Assembly: GCA_014750165.1 (NCBI GenBank)
Contig: GCA_014750165.1_4319.1
Length of the DNA stretch: 45,917 bases
Direction: 5' to 3' (one strand)
Source: a phage
The notes under the pieces were generated by a model. That model had not been told where the DNA came from, ran no database searches, and saw only the letters and a list, made by a program, of their open reading frames with translations. Within the stretch, counting starts at the first letter, position 1, and the number at the start of each line of letters is the position of its first letter. Both the position numbers and the translations under genes were made by a program. Below, in pieces: positions 18,177 through 27,920 of the stretch.

Positions 18177-18608
18177 ATGCACGTAATTACTGGTCAGATT
18201 CGCCGCGCTCCGTTCACCAAAGAAGGTCAAAACGCTAATGGTACATGGAAAATGTTTGCGGTTGATTTGAGTGAGCGATACAAGGATAAAGATGGGCAGA
18301 CTCAGTATAGTAACTATCGCGCCGTCTTCTTCGCCAAAGAGTCCATGTTAGATTGGTATAATGAAGCATTTCAAGAGGGTAAGGTTATTAGCGTTAGTGC
18401 TGAAACATTGGCTGTAGATGTTAGGGATAAAGATGGTAAGACTTACGTTACTGTCAATATGAACAATCCTCGACTTGAATTTAGTCAGCGTGGTGATTCA
18501 GCAACACAACAGACACAGCAAAATCAACATCAGCCAAAACAGCAGCAACAGCAGAATCAACGACAACCACAGCAGCAAAGTCAATTCAACGATGACATCC
18601 CATTCTGA
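18177..18608 (+). CDS. single-stranded DNA-binding protein
   Basis: Gln-rich linker and C-terminal acidic tip ...FNDDIPF characteristic of bacterial/phage SSB. Confidence 0.85.
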   Translation: MHVITGQIRRAPFTKEGQNANGTWKMFAVDLSERYKDKDGQTQYSNYRAVFFAKESMLDWYNEAFQEGKVISVSAETLAVDVRDKDGKTYVTVNMNNPRLEFSQRGDSATQQTQQNQHQPKQQQQQNQRQPQQQSQFNDDIPF

Positions 18609-18616
18609 TAAAAGAT

Positions 18617-18640
18617 AAAGCCCCTTTCGGGGCTTTTTTG
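18617..18640. terminator. rho-independent terminator between convergent genes
   Basis: AGCCCC-TTTC-GGGGCT hairpin plus T6; abuts tailspike stop. Confidence 0.6.
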
Positions 18641-21238
18641 TTATGGCCTCATGAATCTAATTGCAGCCTGACCAGACACGCTAACTTCAGATGTATTGTG
18701 ATTAACTAAGAATACGTTAACACTACCAGTCCCGCCACCAGCCCTGGATGCAAATATATCAATACCACTAAGCCCAGAACTAACATCCACGTTTATGAAA
18801 TCACCATACTTAACTCCAGGGACGCTAACTGTTCCTAGAAATGACATTCCACCATTAGCTGCAAGTGTAACAGTGTAGTCAATATATGAAGGCTGTGAGA
18901 ATCCATTAATGAAAACAGATCCATTAACAAGCCCGCCAACATCACAGTTACTTGTGTAATCTATTCTGCTATCAGCGGATGCAGAGAGAGGGTAAGAGTA
19001 CTGCGATCCAGAGACTACAGGTAGGTTGCTTGCGCTAACCCTTACATTTGAACCTGAATTTGCAAGCACTACATAAGAGTTTGCTCCATCACTAATAACA
19101 TCAGAACTTCCACCAGAAACAAAACCAGATAAGTTGACTCCTGAAATATCAACGTCTGAGTTTGTGAATCTAAAAAGATAAGCCTCCTGTCCTTTCGGGT
19201 TTTGGTTTCTCCATGACGGTATCGAAAACCCTGAAATCTTTGCTGAATTGCAGTCAATAAGAACAAAGTCTGATCCGCCATTAATATTAACCTTTGATGA
19301 TTCATGCTGCATTCCAGTTATCGTCAACCCAGGGCACTGAGTTGCAATAAACGGCGTTAAGTTTCCAAAATTAGAGCTGCCATCGTACGCGCAGTTCACC
19401 AAAGTAGCTACGTGACAGTACTTTAGCGCCCATGACGCATAGCAATCAAGCGAGTAGCATGATGAGTACTTAACGGTTGTCCCGTAGTCTTTCCTAAAGC
19501 CCTGAATGCAATCCCACGCCCAGCAATTAACATACTCCATCAAATAAGCTGACGTCACATCGTAGAATCCATAGTAGGCACCTCTTACTATTACATTCTC
19601 AACCTTAAAGTTTGTAACTCCACCTGCGAGAGGGTCAATTGAAGAATCTCTGGTTCCAAAATCAATGCCACGACTAAAACCACTGTCTGTCGTTGGCTTA
19701 CCAGACTGATAGTTAATCCAAAAGTTAGCTATTGACCCACCTGGTTGATATCCGGTAGGGAAGTGCTCGAATCCAGAATGATCACCAGAGCATTGTATAA
19801 TTGTTCCGTATTTTGAATTTGGGTAGGTTGATGCCCCTCTTATGTTTTGAGTTCCGAAAAGTATTGGCCCACTAGTCAAAATTACACCTGGAGGAAAAGT
19901 CACATCCTGAAGCGTCGATGTTGCTCTGTTTGCTGCCGCGGTGTCATCACTTACACCGTCAGCTTTCACTCCAAACCATCTAGCATCAACTGGACCAGTG
20001 TAGCTTCTCTTCCATCTTCTATCCAATGCGTCAACAAGAATAGTACCATCATTGTCCTCGCTAGATGTGTCTGAATCATCTCTCTGGAATATACCAAAAG
20101 CATTATCTGCGATCGTCTCTCTTCCGTAACAACTAATGGAATAATCAGAACCCGAATAACCCCTTATGTCGCTATAGTTTGCCGAACCTATTTTTGAGAG
20201 TGAAGACACTCCTCCAAGATCTGCTTTTGAGTAAACGTCAAGATTAATTCTCGCAGCTTCTTTATTTGGGATGTCGCTAAGGTTGGAAGACCTTAGAAAG
20301 GTTTCACCCTTCGAGTAAACATCAAGCAACCCCCTAACCCTCAAGGCGCTAGAACCACCAGTAGCACCATCTCCACCAGGAACGCTTAGAAGTTCCCTTA
20401 CATAAAAATTCCTAGAACCAGTAGCTCCAGTAAAGGTAATTTCCGCAACCCTAAAAACTGCGTTTGAGGTTGTAGAAGGAGAAATTCTTACTACGTTACT
20501 TCCATTAATACCACGCGTTGCAAGAACATCAATACAAATAGTGGTGTTTGTCGCCGGGAACATTGAACTTAAGTCTGCCGGAATGTTAACCATGTTGTCA
20601 ATTTTGCACTGGTAACTACCACCTGAATAAAATTGCATTGTCTGCCAATCAAGAGATGTTAAAAGTGGAGTTGTTGTGCTTCCTATACCGTGTTCTGCAA
20701 AGTAAGCCACTGCGGCGGTATTCCCGGCTGCATTTATTGCGGCAACGGTTCTGTTGTATGAGTTCTGTGCATTATTGCTAGCACCAACGGCAGTTGATGC
20801 GCTTTCTGCGGCAGCAACCTGACTAGCAAGCGCCTCCGCAGCTCCAGTGGTGGATTGATTTGCAAGTTGCTCGAATCGAGGCCAGTCGAAAGTGTCTTGA
20901 CCAATAAATTGCAGCAATCCTTCGATGGATGTCTCCTTAGACTGGTAGTAACGCAAAGTCTCTGCTACATCCTGAGCTAAACCCTGAACGGTAATCCCAT
21001 CGTGAGCAAGGATCGCATAACCAGTTCCTGCAGGAACAGTTTCAGAATTAGGGTTATAAACATTAATCTGCGTATCGCTGATGATTTCTGAGATGGTGTA
21101 AATCTTCAGGGGGCTTGTTTTAAAAATAATGGTTGCACCTACACGAATCAGTGTAAGCGGTGCTTTCCATGTTGTTCCGACCCCAGTCACCTCGCCATTT
21201 GCGGCTAGCGACGCTGTTCCTAAGTCATAAATTGCCAT
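18641..21238 (-). CDS. tailspike / tail fibre with pectate-lyase-like beta-helix (putative depolymerase)
   Basis: 865 aa from internal ATG 21238 (MAIYDLG...); central RWFGVKADGVSDDTAAANRA resembles the start of pectate-lyase-superfamily beta-helix domains; track N-extension would read through the palindrome element. Confidence 0.75.
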   Translation of the reverse strand: MAIYDLGTASLAANGEVTGVGTTWKAPLTLIRVGATIIFKTSPLKIYTISEIISDTQINVYNPNSETVPAGTGYAILAHDGITVQGLAQDVAETLRYYQSKETSIEGLLQFIGQDTFDWPRFEQLANQSTTGAAEALASQVAAAESASTAVGASNNAQNSYNRTVAAINAAGNTAAVAYFAEHGIGSTTTPLLTSLDWQTMQFYSGGSYQCKIDNMVNIPADLSSMFPATNTTICIDVLATRGINGSNVVRISPSTTSNAVFRVAEITFTGATGSRNFYVRELLSVPGGDGATGGSSALRVRGLLDVYSKGETFLRSSNLSDIPNKEAARINLDVYSKADLGGVSSLSKIGSANYSDIRGYSGSDYSISCYGRETIADNAFGIFQRDDSDTSSEDNDGTILVDALDRRWKRSYTGPVDARWFGVKADGVSDDTAAANRATSTLQDVTFPPGVILTSGPILFGTQNIRGASTYPNSKYGTIIQCSGDHSGFEHFPTGYQPGGSIANFWINYQSGKPTTDSGFSRGIDFGTRDSSIDPLAGGVTNFKVENVIVRGAYYGFYDVTSAYLMEYVNCWAWDCIQGFRKDYGTTVKYSSCYSLDCYASWALKYCHVATLVNCAYDGSSNFGNLTPFIATQCPGLTITGMQHESSKVNINGGSDFVLIDCNSAKISGFSIPSWRNQNPKGQEAYLFRFTNSDVDISGVNLSGFVSGGSSDVISDGANSYVVLANSGSNVRVSASNLPVVSGSQYSYPLSASADSRIDYTSNCDVGGLVNGSVFINGFSQPSYIDYTVTLAANGGMSFLGTVSVPGVKYGDFINVDVSSGLSGIDIFASRAGGGTGSVNVFLVNHNTSEVSVSGQAAIRFMRP

Positions 21239-21259
21239 TGCGTAAAGTCTCCATTTGTA

Positions 21260-21279
21260 AAATAGCACGAATTGCTAAG
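21260..21279 (+). promoter_or_regulatory. gene-boundary palindrome element in inverted orientation relative to downstream minus-strand gene
   Basis: AAATAGCACGAATTGCTAAG on + strand between primase-like gene end and tailspike start. Confidence 0.4.
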
Positions 21280-21325
21280 TTGGATTGTAGCATCTTTCAG
21301 GTATAAAAAAACCTCCCGAAGGAGG

Positions 21326-22249
21326 TTAGTCTAGTAATTCACTTGCTTTGTATATTCGTTTTCTTATTCCTGACTTAAAAAAATTATCATCATTTGGCAT
21401 TACCACATCAAGATCGCGATCGTCAGCAACGGCGAGTAAATCAAAAGCGTGGCGAGTACAAGCGACGCGTAACTTGTAGTTTCTAAGCGCGTAAGCAACC
21501 ATTTCCATGTTGTAACTGGAGTGGCAAACAAGCACACAGCGGTTCCCTGTAGCAATGTGAACGCGATAGCCGTCAATGAAATTATCGACCAGATAAGCGT
21601 ACTCATCATCTTTAAAGGAACCAATAACAGCAATAGACTGGCGAGTATAATCTTTTGCAGCATAACTAACATCTCCCTCTTCATTGATAAACATTACATT
21701 GCACATTTCTTCTGATATACCATCACTATAGGCCATAAAACAAGGCACTGCGTGTATTAGTTCGCCTGATTTTGCCCTGCCAACATCAAAACCAAACTCA
21801 CTATAGATACCCTCGTATGTACTGAGCGGAGTTGATTCTACTCTTTCCGTCCTTTCCATTATCTCTAAGCATCTTTCGTGATCAATCTTGGCTCCCATTT
21901 TGTAGATCTGGGTTCTTGATGCTTGCTTGTTTGCCTTGTTGACAACCTCAACCGGGATAAGGTTTAGCCACTCACCGAGAACGTCGATACACTCACTGAA
22001 TGACTCGCCTCGAAGCTTCTGGACCCAGAGAATTCCATCCCCTGAGCCGCATTGGTTGCAGATAATGCCGCCATCACCCTCCTCGCTAACCTTGTTAGTC
22101 CATCTTGCCCTATCGTTGCCGCCACAATAAATGCACGGCTGATGCTTCTTAGTCTGGAAAAACTTAGGATCTGCGCCGCATATATTGACAAGAGCCTTAT
22201 CCCACAGGCCTCTCATTCTTGGTAGAACCTCTTTCTTATCGTAGTGCAT
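21326..22249 (-). CDS. putative DNA primase (Zn-ribbon plus Toprim-like region)
   Basis: CIYCGG...CNQCGSGDG zinc-binding motif near N-terminus; acidic Toprim-like segment (LLAVADDRDLD); assignment tentative. Confidence 0.45.
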   Translation of the reverse strand: MHYDKKEVLPRMRGLWDKALVNICGADPKFFQTKKHQPCIYCGGNDRARWTNKVSEEGDGGIICNQCGSGDGILWVQKLRGESFSECIDVLGEWLNLIPVEVVNKANKQASRTQIYKMGAKIDHERCLEIMERTERVESTPLSTYEGIYSEFGFDVGRAKSGELIHAVPCFMAYSDGISEEMCNVMFINEEGDVSYAAKDYTRQSIAVIGSFKDDEYAYLVDNFIDGYRVHIATGNRCVLVCHSSYNMEMVAYALRNYKLRVACTRHAFDLLAVADDRDLDVVMPNDDNFFKSGIRKRIYKASELLD

Positions 22250-22307
22250 ATCAATCTATCTCTTAACAAATAAAAAAGGATGTACCGATTATGGCACATC
22301 CAATTAT

Positions 22308-22781
22308 TTACCCTTTAGCTTTTCGTGCTGCCTCGTTAGCGGCCTTAATCTTGCGCCATGATCGACACTCTGGCTTGGTGGCTAACTCAGCCTCAGTAAC
22401 CACGCGTAGCATGTGACGCTTTTTGCACCGGAGTGTCAGTGGCTTGCCGTTACCGTCAAATTGCAGGTCTGGTCGGCAGAATGTAGCACGAAAACCCTCT
22501 CCGTTTCGTTTGTAGTAGTTGTGCGACAGTTGAGCACCGCGCGCAGAAATCATACCACGCTTAAACCATTCTTCTACAGCCTGCGGAGTTACCTTTAACT
22601 TCTTTGCAATATTCGCCTTTGTGACGAAGAAATCAAGGAGCATCTCAAGCCGCGCGCGTAGCCCGGCTCTTACTTCATCTTTTAAAACGTAGTAGCCTGA
22701 AGGTCGTTTACGTTGTTTTTTGTCTTCAGTGCGGATAGTTCCGTTATTACCGTTAGTGGTTCGCTTGTCAACTGCATTCAT
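22308..22781 (-). CDS. HTH DNA-binding protein (putative transcriptional regulator)
   Basis: Basic N-terminus and helix-turn-helix-like segment KKLKVTPQAVEEWFKRGMIS; divergent from helicase gene. Confidence 0.5.
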   Translation of the reverse strand: MNAVDKRTTNGNNGTIRTEDKKQRKRPSGYYVLKDEVRAGLRARLEMLLDFFVTKANIAKKLKVTPQAVEEWFKRGMISARGAQLSHNYYKRNGEGFRATFCRPDLQFDGNGKPLTLRCKKRHMLRVVTEAELATKPECRSWRKIKAANEAARKAKG

Positions 22782-22792
22782 TTCATCACCTC

Positions 22793-22813
22793 AATAGCAT
22801 TTTTTGTTAAAAG
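22793..22813 (+). promoter_or_regulatory. gene-boundary palindrome cassette, variant
   Basis: AATAGCATTTTTTGTTAAAAG in divergent region upstream of helicase. Confidence 0.35.
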
Positions 22814-22882
22814 TCATTCAGATTTGATGGTAGTATTGTACTCAATTAAACGCTACAAGACAATTTTTATAGGAATTTAGAT

Positions 22883-24877
22883 ATGTTGCCTATCGAGAAG
22901 CTGGTTGCAAACTTCGATAAAGAAAGAATCAAGCAGATTCAGAAAGATTATCAGTTTGGCGAGATAACCCCTTACGAGTTCCAGTGCGTAACATTCGATG
23001 CAATCGGAAAGGCTATTGGAAAGTACGAGGCCCCATTTATCGCTGACCTTTCCGTGTCTGCGGGTAAGACAATTATTCTCGCTATGATTGGAAAGCGTAT
23101 GGAGCAGCTTGGTCTTCCTTATATGGTCCTCTCTCGCCAGTCAGAGATAATCAGCCAGAACTCAGAAGAGCTTCGCAACTTCGGCATCCGTAACAGCGTC
23201 TATTGCGCTGGCCTTAACGTTAAATCAGTTTACTACCCAACCATAGTCGCTAGTGAAGGTACCGCGGCTAACGGCTTGTTTAAGGGGCTTGGTGACTATG
23301 TTCCGGCAGTTATCGCAATCGATGAGTGTCACATGCTTGATGCTATGGATATCGTTGAAGCCGAGGAGAACGAAGAAACATTTGAGCAAATGAGCACAAA
23401 GAAAGGTGAGATGGTATTTAAGGATGGTGTTAATACCGGGTTGCTTGGCACTGGCCGCGCGCAGTACACGCTAATCATTACCGAGATGAAACGTCGTTGT
23501 CGTGAGAAGTACGGTCGCGAGCTTAGGATTTTTGGCCTTACTGGTAGCCCATATCGTAACAACGATCACATTGTCGTTAGTAACCAAAATGTCCGTGGAT
23601 TCTGGCGCAAAACGGTAATACAAGTACCAACAAATTACCTTGTTGATTTGGGATTCGTTGTTCCAACCGTTTACGGAGAGGTTGGTGATTTGGGTTACGA
23701 CCTTGCAGAGTTTGCGCCAGACGGAAGCGATGGCGTTAAAGACTTTAGCAAGAAAGAAATGGAAGCAATGGCTGCAAAGATTCACGACAACCAATCCATG
23801 ACTCAAAGGATAATGGGTTTTGTTGTAAAAATACTTGAGACTCGAAACGCCGCATTGGTCACCTGTGCTGGCAAACTCCATTGTGATGAGGCTGCTGCGG
23901 CACTCCCAGACGGATACCCCTACGCCATCATCACAGACTCCACTGGAGAGAGGAAGCGCAGAGAGATTCTAGCTGATTGCCAGACTGGAAAGTACAAAAT
24001 AATATTCCAGATTGGCTGTCTAACTACGGGCGTAAACCAGCCATTGTGGGATACCAGCGTTATACTGCGCAAGATTGGCAGTTTGACTTTGATGATTCAG
24101 CTTCTTGGTCGTGGCATGCGAAAACTAAAAAAGGCGCACATAGATGCGGGGTTCAAGAAGGAGGATCACTTGGTATTAGACTTTGCCGGAGCGCTGGATG
24201 ATATGGCCGAGCTTTACTTTGACCCAATAATTGAAGAAATTCAGGCTGAGAAGTTCAAGTCCTCAAGGAAAGGTGGTGATGAGGCCCGTCAGTGCCCGCA
24301 ATGTGGATATGAGAACTCACCATTTGCTCGACGCTGTGGCAATAAGATTGATGGTGTTAGATGCGATCACTTCTTTCAGTTCACAACTTGCGAAGACATT
24401 ACGGACCCACAAACTAAATCGGTAATTAAAAAGGGATGTGGCGCTCGTAACGACATAGCGGCAAAGGTTTGCCGAGAGTGCGGTGAGATGCTTAAAGACC
24501 CGAATGCTAATCTGACCGGTAAGATGTATCGTCGAGGAGATTACTTGCGCGTTTATGATTTCCAGATTGGATTGAGTAAAAATCAAACAGGAATAGTAGT
24601 TAAATACAACATCATGGCACATAACGGAGAGAGGTTTAACGCGTGGGAATTCTTTAACCCTGAGTCTGACCATCGAGTTTGCAGTGTTCTATGGAAAAAC
24701 TTCTGCCTAGCTCATATTGAGAATCGAACAGAAGCAGCACGAATTGGAAGATTAAAGAATGCTAGAATGATCATGACCAACGTAGATAAGTTCCGTGCGC
24801 CAGTGCAAGTAACACACAGAAAAAACGGCAAAGGAAAGGACGTGATCGCGTTTAAGAATTTTGGAGAATTGAAGTGA
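22883..24877 (+). CDS. SF2 DNA helicase with C-terminal zinc ribbons
   Basis: Motif I SAGKT, motif II DECH, motif VI QLLGRGMR; C-terminal CPQCG...CDHF...CRECG cysteine pairs. Confidence 0.75.
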   Translation: MLPIEKLVANFDKERIKQIQKDYQFGEITPYEFQCVTFDAIGKAIGKYEAPFIADLSVSAGKTIILAMIGKRMEQLGLPYMVLSRQSEIISQNSEELRNFGIRNSVYCAGLNVKSVYYPTIVASEGTAANGLFKGLGDYVPAVIAIDECHMLDAMDIVEAEENEETFEQMSTKKGEMVFKDGVNTGLLGTGRAQYTLIITEMKRRCREKYGRELRIFGLTGSPYRNNDHIVVSNQNVRGFWRKTVIQVPTNYLVDLGFVVPTVYGEVGDLGYDLAEFAPDGSDGVKDFSKKEMEAMAAKIHDNQSMTQRIMGFVVKILETRNAALVTCAGKLHCDEAAAALPDGYPYAIITDSTGERKRREILADCQTGKYKIIFQIGCLTTGVNQPLWDTSVILRKIGSLTLMIQLLGRGMRKLKKAHIDAGFKKEDHLVLDFAGALDDMAELYFDPIIEEIQAEKFKSSRKGGDEARQCPQCGYENSPFARRCGNKIDGVRCDHFFQFTTCEDITDPQTKSVIKKGCGARNDIAAKVCRECGEMLKDPNANLTGKMYRRGDYLRVYDFQIGLSKNQTGIVVKYNIMAHNGERFNAWEFFNPESDHRVCSVLWKNFCLAHIENRTEAARIGRLKNARMIMTNVDKFRAPVQVTHRKNGKGKDVIAFKNFGELK

Positions 24878-25293
24878 ACATAACAGATAAAGAATATTAC
24901 ATTGAGTTTTACCCAGGTTCAGTTAAGTCATGCCCGAAAGAGGATGACGAACAAATCTTTTGCTCTGATTGGGTTAAGTATAACTATCCAGAGATGGTAT
25001 TTTTCCACTGTGTGAATGAGGGTAAGAAAACCATTGGTCAAGCAAGAAAAGACCAGGCAAAGGGTTTGCTCAAGGGCGTATCAGACTGCATGTTTTTGAT
25101 ACCTGAATCCGTGCGAGGAAGGTATCCATTTGGCGCAATAGAGCTAAAGAGAGCTGGAAAAACACAGGCTAGCCCAGTCAGTAACGAGCAGAAGTCATTC
25201 CTGAAAAGTGTAAGGGAATCAGGAGGTTTCTCCGCTGTGGCTTACGGTCGCGAGGGTTTTCTGGCAGCATTCAAAGAAATGATTTCTAAATAG
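24874..25293 (+). CDS. VRR-NUC domain nuclease
   Basis: 139 aa; D...ELK core (FLIPESVRG...AIELKRAGK) of the PD-(D/E)xK VRR-NUC type; GTG start overlapping helicase stop. Confidence 0.6.
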   Translation: MNITDKEYYIEFYPGSVKSCPKEDDEQIFCSDWVKYNYPEMVFFHCVNEGKKTIGQARKDQAKGLLKGVSDCMFLIPESVRGRYPFGAIELKRAGKTQASPVSNEQKSFLKSVRESGGFSAVAYGREGFLAAFKEMISK

Positions 25294-25308
25294 CACGAAT
25301 TGCTAAAC
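25288..25308 (+). promoter_or_regulatory. gene-boundary palindrome cassette
   Basis: AAATAGCACGAATTGCTAAAC then TATAGT and CATAGAAACGA; precedes 25371. Confidence 0.5.
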
Positions 25309-25370
25309 TCGATTTTAAAAGATGTTGTATAGTTACTTCATAGAAACGAAACACATAGAGAGATAAAGAA

Positions 25371-25577
25371 ATGAAATTAATGAAATTGAAACCTATCGAT
25401 ATCCGAGTTGGTGATTATATATATAGTGGATATACAGGAAAAAAGAAATGGCGAAGAGTATCTGAAATAATTGTTCAATCAGCATATAGGTATACATTAA
25501 TTATGAATTCGTGGAACTTATCAGCTGGTAGTTGTTGTGAATTTTTAGTAAAGGGTGTTCGTAACAATACTTTTTAA
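25371..25577 (+). CDS. hypothetical protein
   Basis: 68 aa, cassette-driven. Confidence 0.4.
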   Translation: MKLMKLKPIDIRVGDYIYSGYTGKKKWRRVSEIIVQSAYRYTLIMNSWNLSAGSCCEFLVKGVRNNTF

Positions 25578-25580
25578 TTA

Positions 25581-25599
25581 ATAGCACGAATTGCTAAAG
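25581..25599 (+). promoter_or_regulatory. gene-boundary palindrome cassette
   Basis: ATAGCACGAATTGCTAAAG then hairpin around TATTAT and CATCGAAACGA. Confidence 0.5.
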
Positions 25600-25660
25600 A
25601 CTAATCGGTGAGGTGGTGTATTATCACCACATCGAAACGAAACGCAGAGAGATAAACAAA

Positions 25661-25855
25661 ATGGCTACTATCTACACTGGTAAATTCTACGAATCACGCA
25701 AAACCGGTTACGAATATGAATTAGTAATCACCCCTGATGGTTATGTTCTTGACGATGGAGATGGTTACGCATTTGATGTTAGCCCAACTTACAAAGATGA
25801 TTTAGAAACTGTTAAAAACGCATTTGGCGAAAAATTTGACGAGGTATCAGAATAA
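25661..25855 (+). CDS. hypothetical protein
   Basis: Internal start MATIYTGKFY after GAGAGA; track start 25613 overlaps cassette. Confidence 0.4.
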   Translation: MATIYTGKFYESRKTGYEYELVITPDGYVLDDGDGYAFDVSPTYKDDLETVKNAFGEKFDEVSE

Positions 25856-26076
25856 TGGCAATTTTTAAATTTGAGCACCAATTGGAAGTGTTTAAGTTAA
25901 TGGCAGTTGAGGAGCTAAAGAAATCTGGATATAACAAAAACCCGTGGGACTTAGCATTTTGCCTGGATATGAGCTTTGAAGAAGACTACATGAACACTGA
26001 TATCGAGACATGGCGTGACCGTATGGTTGCTGACATTGCGGAAATGAAAAAAGATTGCCCAGAGGATTTTGAATAA
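25855..26076 (+). CDS. hypothetical protein
   Basis: TAATG overlap with upstream gene. Confidence 0.4.
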   Translation: MAIFKFEHQLEVFKLMAVEELKKSGYNKNPWDLAFCLDMSFEEDYMNTDIETWRDRMVADIAEMKKDCPEDFE

Positions 26077-26201
26077 TGAAAATTGTAGACAAAGAGATGT
26101 TTAGGGTTGCCCAGAATTTTGCTGAATTTGCAGTTGAGTTTCAATCAGAAGAGCATTGGATGTGCGCTAGAGAATATCTAAAACTGGCTTACGGACTATG
26201 A
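26076..26201 (+). CDS. hypothetical small protein (41 aa)
   Basis: ATGA-coupled ORF below track cutoff; approx coords. Confidence 0.3.
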   Translation: MKIVDKEMFRVAQNFAEFAVEFQSEEHWMCAREYLKLAYGL

Positions 26202-26446
26202 TAGTTGAAACCGGACGCGCCGCCGTATGGGCGCACTGTGGAGAGGCGGGGTTGCAGAATGACATTAAGCAGATATCCCGCTTCTTTGACATAAAAGATA
26301 TCAGTGTTGTTTTTAATGGTAAATTCTCTTACATGGATGAGCGACCAAGAAAATACGTAAGAGTTAAGCCAGGCGTCAGGATTGATGTTAATGAGTTCCT
26401 TAAATCTGAGGGATTCAAGTTTAAGATAACCAAGCCTAAGGATTGA
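26198..26446 (+). CDS. hypothetical protein
   Basis: ATGA-coupled. Confidence 0.4.
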   Translation: MIVETGRAAVWAHCGEAGLQNDIKQISRFFDIKDISVVFNGKFSYMDERPRKYVRVKPGVRIDVNEFLKSEGFKFKITKPKD

Positions 26447-26448
26447 GT

Positions 26449-26700
26449 ATGTTGGGTTTAGATTTTCAGCCAGAGCATTACGATTTAGCATATGGTAAAA
26501 GTGGTGCAAAGTTTAGAGCGATCCCTATTGCTGACTGGTTCCCTCCTGATTATGTGGATGTGAACGCAAAAACTAAAGACGGCAATTGGGTGCAGATTTA
26601 TTACTCGCCAGCATGTGGAAACCTTTGTATGACTGACCTTGATCAGAAATTAGCAATTAGTGCGGAAGTTATCGACTACTGGTTGAAAGAAGTTGAATGA
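26449..26700 (+). CDS. hypothetical protein
   Basis: ATG 26449 after AAGGA; track start is a TTG 6 nt upstream. Confidence 0.4.
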   Translation: MLGLDFQPEHYDLAYGKSGAKFRAIPIADWFPPDYVDVNAKTKDGNWVQIYYSPACGNLCMTDLDQKLAISAEVIDYWLKEVE

Positions 26701-26783
26701 AGAGCCTGATACTAGTAGCATTAGTCCCACTGTTTAGCTTTACTATCTTATACTTTATCGTAATGAATTAAGGAACTTATATA

Positions 26784-27920
26784 ATGGCAACTGCAAAAAT
26801 CACTAACGAAGAGCTGCGTGAAGAGCTTGCTAATGGCATGACAAACAAGGCAATCGCAGAGAAATACGGAATGAACATTCGCAACGTTGAATTGCGTCGT
26901 AGTAAATTGGCAAAGAGTGGAGAATTGCACGGAAACCCAGGTATCAAGAAGTTAGTTCCTGACGGTTATATGGTTAAGGGAACCTCCACGATGATTGATG
27001 CGGATGGTAACGAGAAGCTGCGCTGGGTTAAAACCTCTGTAGACAATGAGCGACTTGAGGTTTTAATGGAGCAAGCTCGAGAAGCATTTTGCTCTGATTT
27101 GCCAAAGGCTATTCCATCTGAATCACCGAATGTTAACTTTGATGATAACACGCTTGCGATGTATCCAGTTTTTGATTTACACATTGGGGCGATGGCTCAC
27201 AAACATGAGTGTGGCGAAAACTATGATACAGCAACAGCAGAGAAAGTAATGAATGGGTTCTTTGACTACGCTGTTGATAAGGCTCCAAACTCTAAGAATG
27301 CTGTATTGGTATTGGGTGGTGATTTCCTGCATTACGACTCTCTGGAGGCTAAAACCCCGGCATCAGGTCATATCTTAGATTCTGACAGTCGTTACGCCAA
27401 GATTGTTTATGTTGCAATCCGGTCAGTGCGTCGTGCCATTTCTCGAATGATGGAAAAGCACCAAGTTATTGAAATTAAAGTAATAAGTGGCAATCACGAC
27501 GAGGCAGGAATGGTTTGGCTCCGCGCTGCACTTGCTGCATTTTATGAAGATGAGCCTCGCGTAAATGTTGATGTTAGCCCAGCCGCAATGATGATGACCA
27601 GCTTTGGAACGACGCTTATTGGATACACTCACGGGCACCAAATGCGGAAAGCCGATACTCGACTAACTGTTATGGCAACTGATTTTCGTAAGTTATTTGG
27701 CCAAAGTGAGTATGTTTACACACATAGTGGCCACTGGCATTCGCAGAAGATTACAGAAACAAACTTGGGAATTGATGAGGTTCATGGGCAGCTTGGAAGC
27801 CCTGACGCGTACTCCGCAAATGGCGGTTGGCGTTCTCAACGTCAAGCGGCAGTCATTGTCTACCATAAAGAATTCGGTGAAGTTGGCCGATTCATTTGTC
27901 GCCCTAAAATGTTTGGCTAA
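26784..27920 (+). CDS. HTH-fused calcineurin-like metallophosphoesterase
   Basis: N-terminal HTH-like TNKAIAEKYGMNIRNVELRRSKL; MPP motifs D-x-H (FDLHIG), GDxxD (GGDFLHYD), GNHDE, THGH, GHWH. Confidence 0.65.
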   Translation: MATAKITNEELREELANGMTNKAIAEKYGMNIRNVELRRSKLAKSGELHGNPGIKKLVPDGYMVKGTSTMIDADGNEKLRWVKTSVDNERLEVLMEQAREAFCSDLPKAIPSESPNVNFDDNTLAMYPVFDLHIGAMAHKHECGENYDTATAEKVMNGFFDYAVDKAPNSKNAVLVLGGDFLHYDSLEAKTPASGHILDSDSRYAKIVYVAIRSVRRAISRMMEKHQVIEIKVISGNHDEAGMVWLRAALAAFYEDEPRVNVDVSPAAMMMTSFGTTLIGYTHGHQMRKADTRLTVMATDFRKLFGQSEYVYTHSGHWHSQKITETNLGIDEVHGQLGSPDAYSANGGWRSQRQAAVIVYHKEFGEVGRFICRPKMFG

